The notes beneath the pieces were generated by a model. It had not been told where the DNA came from. It did no database searches and worked only from the letters and a program-made list of their open reading frames with translations. Of a stretch of DNA of 64,000 bases, positions 58,118 through 64,000 are shown in pieces. Origin of the DNA: Deltaproteobacteria bacterium (GTDB lineage: Bacteria; Myxococcota_A; Polyangia; Fen-1088); assembly GCA_033763315.1 (NCBI GenBank), contig JANRKS010000006.1, positions 128,001 to 192,000 of the forward strand, given 5' to 3'. The stretch's first letter is position 1. Each line of letters starts with the position of its first letter. The position numbers were made by a program, and so were the translations under genes.

Positions 58118-58252
58118 GAGCAAGCTCCGATGAAAGGAGTCTACACCGCGGTGCATGGCGAATCCTGGCCGCCTGCCAACGGCGACAAAAAACTCTGGCA
58201 AACCGTCAATTCCCTCGAATTTCTGAGCCTGCATCTGCGCGGAGTGCCCAGA

Positions 58253-58285
58253 AACCAATGACTTGGAGCTGGTCTGCAACTTGCT
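58253..58285 (+). promoter_or_regulatory. Candidate IHF site plus sigma-54 promoter
   Basis: AACCAATGACTTG (1 mismatch to WATCAANNNNTTR) immediately upstream of TGGTCTGCAACTTGCT (GG-N10-GC). Confidence 0.5.
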
Positions 58286-58311
58286 AGAGTTAGCGAATTG
58301 AGCCCCTGCTG

Positions 58312-59214
58312 ATGATCTCCGCCCGCCGTTTCGCCCAAAGCATCGCCATCAAGTTGCCCCTGCAACTGGCGTTGGGGCTGCTATTGACGGCCACGGTCTG
58401 GGCAGCGCCGGCCGCAGATTCCGTGACCACGCGGCAGGAAGTGCAGGCGTTGCAGGCGCAACTCGCTCGCGTCAACGCTGAGATCAAGGCCTTGAAGGCG
58501 GCGCCCCGCTCCTTATCGGTGGATTATCGCTTGCGCCAGGATCTCGCCGATGCCGAGGCCCTGGCCCGAAAGCTCACCGAAGCCGAGGCCAAAGTGCGTT
58601 CCGCCCGAAGCCAACCGGAGGCTGCACCCAAGATGGCTCCCGAGCCCACAGCGCAGGCAACGGATGGTCCGGCAGAGCTGGCCGCCAAGGCCGATATCTT
58701 GCTGGATCAAGCGCAAAAGCTAACCATGCAAGCCGACCGCATTGAGGCGCGCGCCGAGCGCGAGCGGGTCAGAGGCACCTTGCGCGCGCGCACCCGCCAT
58801 TTGGAACAAGACCCCTTCGTGACTTTGGAAGGTGCCAAGCGTTCCGTGGTGTTGTCACGCACGGAAACGAAAACCACCACGCTCACGGGCAATGACACAT
58901 CAACGAAGACGCCCGAAAGCGCTCCGGCCGGCGATTTCGCGGCGCCCCCGGCCAGCCCCGGTGTTGCGGGCTCCGCCAATGCTCCGCCGCGAACCAATCT
59001 CCCGCCCCCCGAACCCACCACGGTGACCACAACGTCCGTGTCCTTGTCTTTTCGTGCGTTGCTGGACGCCCGCGCGCTGGCTGAAGTGGAACGCATCGAG
59101 CGTTCAGGCGATCCCCAAGCGCAGGCCAAAGCTTTGGCCGCCGCCGTGGCTTCGCTGCGAAAACAAGCGCGTGAGTTGCAGGGCAAAGCGGCTGCGTTAC
59201 GCAACACGAAGTAG
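58312..59214 (+). CDS. Secreted coiled-coil hypothetical protein
   Basis: Signal peptide (…ATVWA|A); three heptad-like helical blocks separated by Pro/Thr-rich linkers. Confidence 0.75.
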   Translation: MISARRFAQSIAIKLPLQLALGLLLTATVWAAPAADSVTTRQEVQALQAQLARVNAEIKALKAAPRSLSVDYRLRQDLADAEALARKLTEAEAKVRSARSQPEAAPKMAPEPTAQATDGPAELAAKADILLDQAQKLTMQADRIEARAERERVRGTLRARTRHLEQDPFVTLEGAKRSVVLSRTETKTTTLTGNDTSTKTPESAPAGDFAAPPASPGVAGSANAPPRTNLPPPEPTTVTTTSVSLSFRALLDARALAEVERIERSGDPQAQAKALAAAVASLRKQARELQGKAAALRNTK

Positions 59215-59245
59215 CGGCGCCGGAAGCTGCTAATATCCGCGTCGC

Positions 59246-60418
59246 TTGCAGCCCCTGGTGTTCAGATCGCGCGCGCGTAAACCAAGCGACAGGGCAGGGG
59301 CTTTGGTCTTCGCGGCGTGGGCTCTCGTGCCCTCGCTTTGCGGGGCCGCGACACTGTCGGTGCGGTCCGAAGTGGGCGGCGAATACGATTCCAACCCGAG
59401 CCGCGTCGAAACGGTGGCAAACGACGACTCGATCACCGGGGAGAGCCCGTCACCCAGCACCGGCGGGCGTGCGCTCATCGGCGGAGAATTCAACGCACGC
59501 CTGGCCTCGCGAACGGTGCTGACGCTGTCGGGTCGGGCCGCTGGTCGTGGCTATCTCGATCGTGCCGCGAGCCGCGAGCGGGTTGGCATCCTCTCGGGCA
59601 CAGCCAGCTTGCTGCAGCTGGTGGGGGCATCGACCCGCGCTTTGGGCGGCGTGGCGTATTACGACGCCTACCAAGATACGCGCCCTGAATCGCGCGACTT
59701 TCGTTCCACAAGCCCGTCGCTTTCGCTGCTTCACCCCCTGGGCCCGGGGCGACTGTCAGTGACGGGGGGCTACCGCTGGTTCGTGTTCAAACCGGCGCCT
59801 GTGTTGAACTTCGCTGGCCCCACGGCGGCAGCGGCCTACAAAGTGGATCTAGGCGGTGAACGCGAAGACGATGACGACAGCGCCGAGTGGGAATTCATCA
59901 CAAGCGTTGCTTACGAACGTCGAGCCTTCGAGGCGTTGCGGTGTGTGAAAGAGGATGATTGCCCGCCCGCCACACCCGCGGGCCTGCGCAACGACAACTT
60001 TGCCCAAGCGGGCATCGACTTCGTTCGCACCGGCGATTTCCTGTTAGGCGCCGGAGCCGCGTTTCAGATCAACGCCTCCAACAGCTTCCAGGAAAGTCTG
60101 CGGCGGGGACTGGCACACGTGGAGGCCACGTTTTTGCTGCCTTGGGCCCTCTCGCTGGCCACCCGTGCAGAACTCATTTGGACGTCGTTTGAGAACGCCG
60201 TGCCCGTCCGTCGCGATCCTGTGTCGGGGTTGCCGCTGGCCAGCATCGAGGACGAGGGACGCAGCACGTTTCGTGTGGAATTGATGCGGCCGCTTGGCGA
60301 CAACGTTGATCTTTCGCTCCGCTGGATAGGCTACACAAATGCAATTGGCGGCGGACCTGTTCAGTACCGCCGCCAAGTGTTGCTGCTGCAAGCAGGCGTT
60401 TCGCTGAATCTGCTCTAA
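59246..60418 (+). CDS. Putative outer-membrane beta-barrel protein
   Basis: Signal-like N-terminus, GGEYDSN first-strand motif, alternating amphipathic strands through to AGVSLNLL. Confidence 0.7.
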   Translation: MQPLVFRSRARKPSDRAGALVFAAWALVPSLCGAATLSVRSEVGGEYDSNPSRVETVANDDSITGESPSPSTGGRALIGGEFNARLASRTVLTLSGRAAGRGYLDRAASRERVGILSGTASLLQLVGASTRALGGVAYYDAYQDTRPESRDFRSTSPSLSLLHPLGPGRLSVTGGYRWFVFKPAPVLNFAGPTAAAAYKVDLGGEREDDDDSAEWEFITSVAYERRAFEALRCVKEDDCPPATPAGLRNDNFAQAGIDFVRTGDFLLGAGAAFQINASNSFQESLRRGLAHVEATFLLPWALSLATRAELIWTSFENAVPVRRDPVSGLPLASIEDEGRSTFRVELMRPLGDNVDLSLRWIGYTNAIGGGPVQYRRQVLLLQAGVSLNLL

Positions 60419-61827
60419 TTCATCCGGTAGCCAGCCGTGATGAGCGCCCCCATGTAGCGATCTGTGGCACCCCCGGCAACGTTGGCGTCGTCCGATTTGG
60501 AGTTCATCGAAATGCCGTAGCTGCGTGCCACAAAAGCCGCGCGCACCTCCAAGCCCGACATCAGGAAGGCGAGCGGAACCGCAAGGCCCGCGCTGCCCTC
60601 AGTGGCGGCGGCGGTGGCATTGGGGAATGTATCGGTAAAGGCGCCCATGCTCAGAACGTGGTCGTAACCAAAGCTGCCAAACAATGCCACGGGTCCCAGG
60701 CCATAACGGGCGCCCACGACGGCGCGCACCATGCTGTACTCGGCTGCGGGCACATTCGAGAACACGTCGTTGCCGTTGGCCGTGGCTTTCTCGTCCAATT
60801 TGAACGTGTGCATCGCGTAGGCCGCCAGAAGGTTCAACTCCAGGTTGCCAAAGTGAAACTTGCCCTTCGGCCCCGCAAAAAAGCCCATCGAGGACGTCCC
60901 GAATGTGGCGTTGCCCCGCGCCGAGGACAACCCGACGGTGAACTCACCGCCCGCAGACAACCCGATGTTTCGGGTGAAGAAATAATCAAGGGCCAAGGCA
61001 ACGGCAGGCGCCACAGGATCGGTGTTGTACTGTTGGCCGTCGCCCGCTTTTTTCTGGTTGTACGTGAAGTCGCGGCTGTAGATGAGCGCGCCCACCGCCA
61101 GATCCAATCCCTTCCAACCAACGCCAGGTGCCTCTGGCTCTTCGGCCTTAGAGGCCTTCGCCGCCACCCCTGTGGGTTCCGCGTCCTCGTCCTCATCCTC
61201 GTCGGCTTTGTCCGCGGCTTCTTTCTTTTCCGCCTTGGCCGCTTGCTTCTCTTCCTCGCGTTCCTCTGCCTTGGCAGCCTTTTTCTCTTCTTTGGCCTCG
61301 GATTTGGCAGCCTTTTTTTCTTCTTTCGGCTCGGCTTTGGGCTCGGCCACAGCCACTGCCGCCGCGCCGCCTCCGCCGCCCGCACCCAGCAATTCGCTCA
61401 GCGCCTTCTTCAACTGCTTGTCCAAGGCCGCCGACAACTGAGCGGCGTTCTTGCCGGTGAACACTTTTTGGCCAAGCTTTTTGCCGTCGCTGTCTTTGAC
61501 AACGAGTGTGGCTGTGGGCTTTTTGCCCTTCACCGTGCCACGCACGAAGTGCGACGCCCCGAGCTGCTTTGCCACGGCTGTGTAGGAATCGGACGCCTGC
61601 ATCAAACCCAAGTCGGCCTCGGTGGCGGCCAGCTTCTTGTCAGTGATGACATCAACGTCGAGGTCTTTTAACGCCTTCTTAACCTGATCGCGAAAGTTCG
61701 CCGACCCACTGCCGTCGAACTGTTCCACCACCACTTTCGTGGCGGCGGCGGCTTGGCCCATAGATGCGGCGGTCACAGCGGTGAGAACAAAAGCTGAGCC
61801 AACCAGGGCTCGGAGTGCGCGGAACAT
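60415..61827 (-). CDS. Exported protein: N-terminal alpha/beta domain, Lys/Glu/Ala-rich linker, C-terminal beta-barrel
   Basis: AAGGAG RBS, signal peptide, KAEPKEEKKAAK…DEDEDED linker, barrel strands ending in ITAGYRMN. Confidence 0.78.
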   Translation of the reverse strand: MFRALRALVGSAFVLTAVTAASMGQAAAATKVVVEQFDGSGSANFRDQVKKALKDLDVDVITDKKLAATEADLGLMQASDSYTAVAKQLGASHFVRGTVKGKKPTATLVVKDSDGKKLGQKVFTGKNAAQLSAALDKQLKKALSELLGAGGGGGAAAVAVAEPKAEPKEEKKAAKSEAKEEKKAAKAEEREEEKQAAKAEKKEAADKADEDEDEDAEPTGVAAKASKAEEPEAPGVGWKGLDLAVGALIYSRDFTYNQKKAGDGQQYNTDPVAPAVALALDYFFTRNIGLSAGGEFTVGLSSARGNATFGTSSMGFFAGPKGKFHFGNLELNLLAAYAMHTFKLDEKATANGNDVFSNVPAAEYSMVRAVVGARYGLGPVALFGSFGYDHVLSMGAFTDTFPNATAAATEGSAGLAVPLAFLMSGLEVRAAFVARSYGISMNSKSDDANVAGGATDRYMGALITAGYRMN

Positions 61828-62092
61828 AATCACTCTCCTTGCGGCGTGTTTCGCCAACGGGACGGGGCCAGGGTGGAGCGGGCCAAACCCGTTTTGTTTA
61901 TGCGAGCTTGAAACCCAAGTCAAGGCAACGAGTTGCGCGCGACGGTTAACAATGAACGCGTTCACATGTGGGCGCAAACTTTCGGGAGATCACCATTGAC
62001 TTGGGGGGTGGGCGTCCCCAAGAATGGCCTCCCGAGTTGATGATCCACACGAACGAAACTCGGACCTTGCACATTTGCGCTGCGAACGATAA

Positions 62093-63802
<1,710 letters not shown>

Positions 63803-64000
63803 CCTCTCGCGTGGGGTCACGGAAACGTCCGTAACCCTCTGGGTGCGGTGTTGGGGACACGGCTGCTAGCAATAGATGTACCAGGGCGCATTTCAGCCCT
63901 TTCGGCCTGGGTGGCGTGGTGTTAGTTTAGGGGCAGCGAACGTTTGGTTCGCCCAGGTCGGAGCGCAACATCGATGTCGATGGAGATAAAGCAACAGCTG

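Noticed and set aside
52862-61900. tRNA-Leu as the integration site of a genomic island
   Set aside because: No integrase and no duplicated tRNA 3' end was seen, and the accessory-looking genes lie on the tRNA's 5' side.
61921-62000. c-di-GMP-I (GEMM) riboswitch suggested by GGGCGCAAA
   Set aside because: The upstream GGCAAA/GNRA hairpin and the downstream stem of the motif are not recognisable.
63814-63837. Hairpin after pyrG, and a similar one at 39152-39186 after csp, as terminators
   Set aside because: The stems are present but lack a U tract, so they were not called.
63974-64000. Start of a next gene (MSMEIKQQL), possibly kdsA by usual synteny with pyrG
   Set aside because: Only 9 codons are visible, so identity cannot be supported.

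Overview
GC-rich bacterial chromosomal window, most likely from a myxobacterium (Myxococcota, Polyangia-like). This is inferred from Gly-rich lipoprotein linkers, multiple DUF1592/DUF1552 pairs, a caspase-beta-barrel fusion and a type IVa minor pilin cluster. All family calls come from recognising motifs by eye; no database search was run. Left half (1-32.4 kb) is accessory. It holds two paralogous beta-propeller sensor kinase/NarL regulator pairs flanking a frameshifted malate synthase G and a DUF1593 protein. These are followed by a 14-kb array of four divergent modules, each a heme-c lipoprotein (DUF1592-type) plus a Tat-exported His-motif protein (DUF1552), with an LRR lipoprotein embedded. 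A GH28-like hydrolase, two sulfatases and a MEDS-domain pseudokinase come next. The middle (32.5-53 kb) is mostly housekeeping: nrdR-ribD-ribE-ribBA-ribH-nusB, a thiS-thiG fusion, thiE, csp, an ECF sigma/anti-sigma pair, nagA, fimU-pilV-pilW-pilX-pilX, pgl, sua5, dapL, plsC, DUF1015 and tRNA-Leu(TAG). The right end has envelope genes (lipoprotein plus caspase-barrel, an orphan DUF1552, beta-barrels) and pyrG. The best candidate for an uncharacterised system is the DUF1592/DUF1552/LRR array with its flanking sensors and carbohydrate enzymes. No CRISPR array, rRNA, integrase or transposase was seen.
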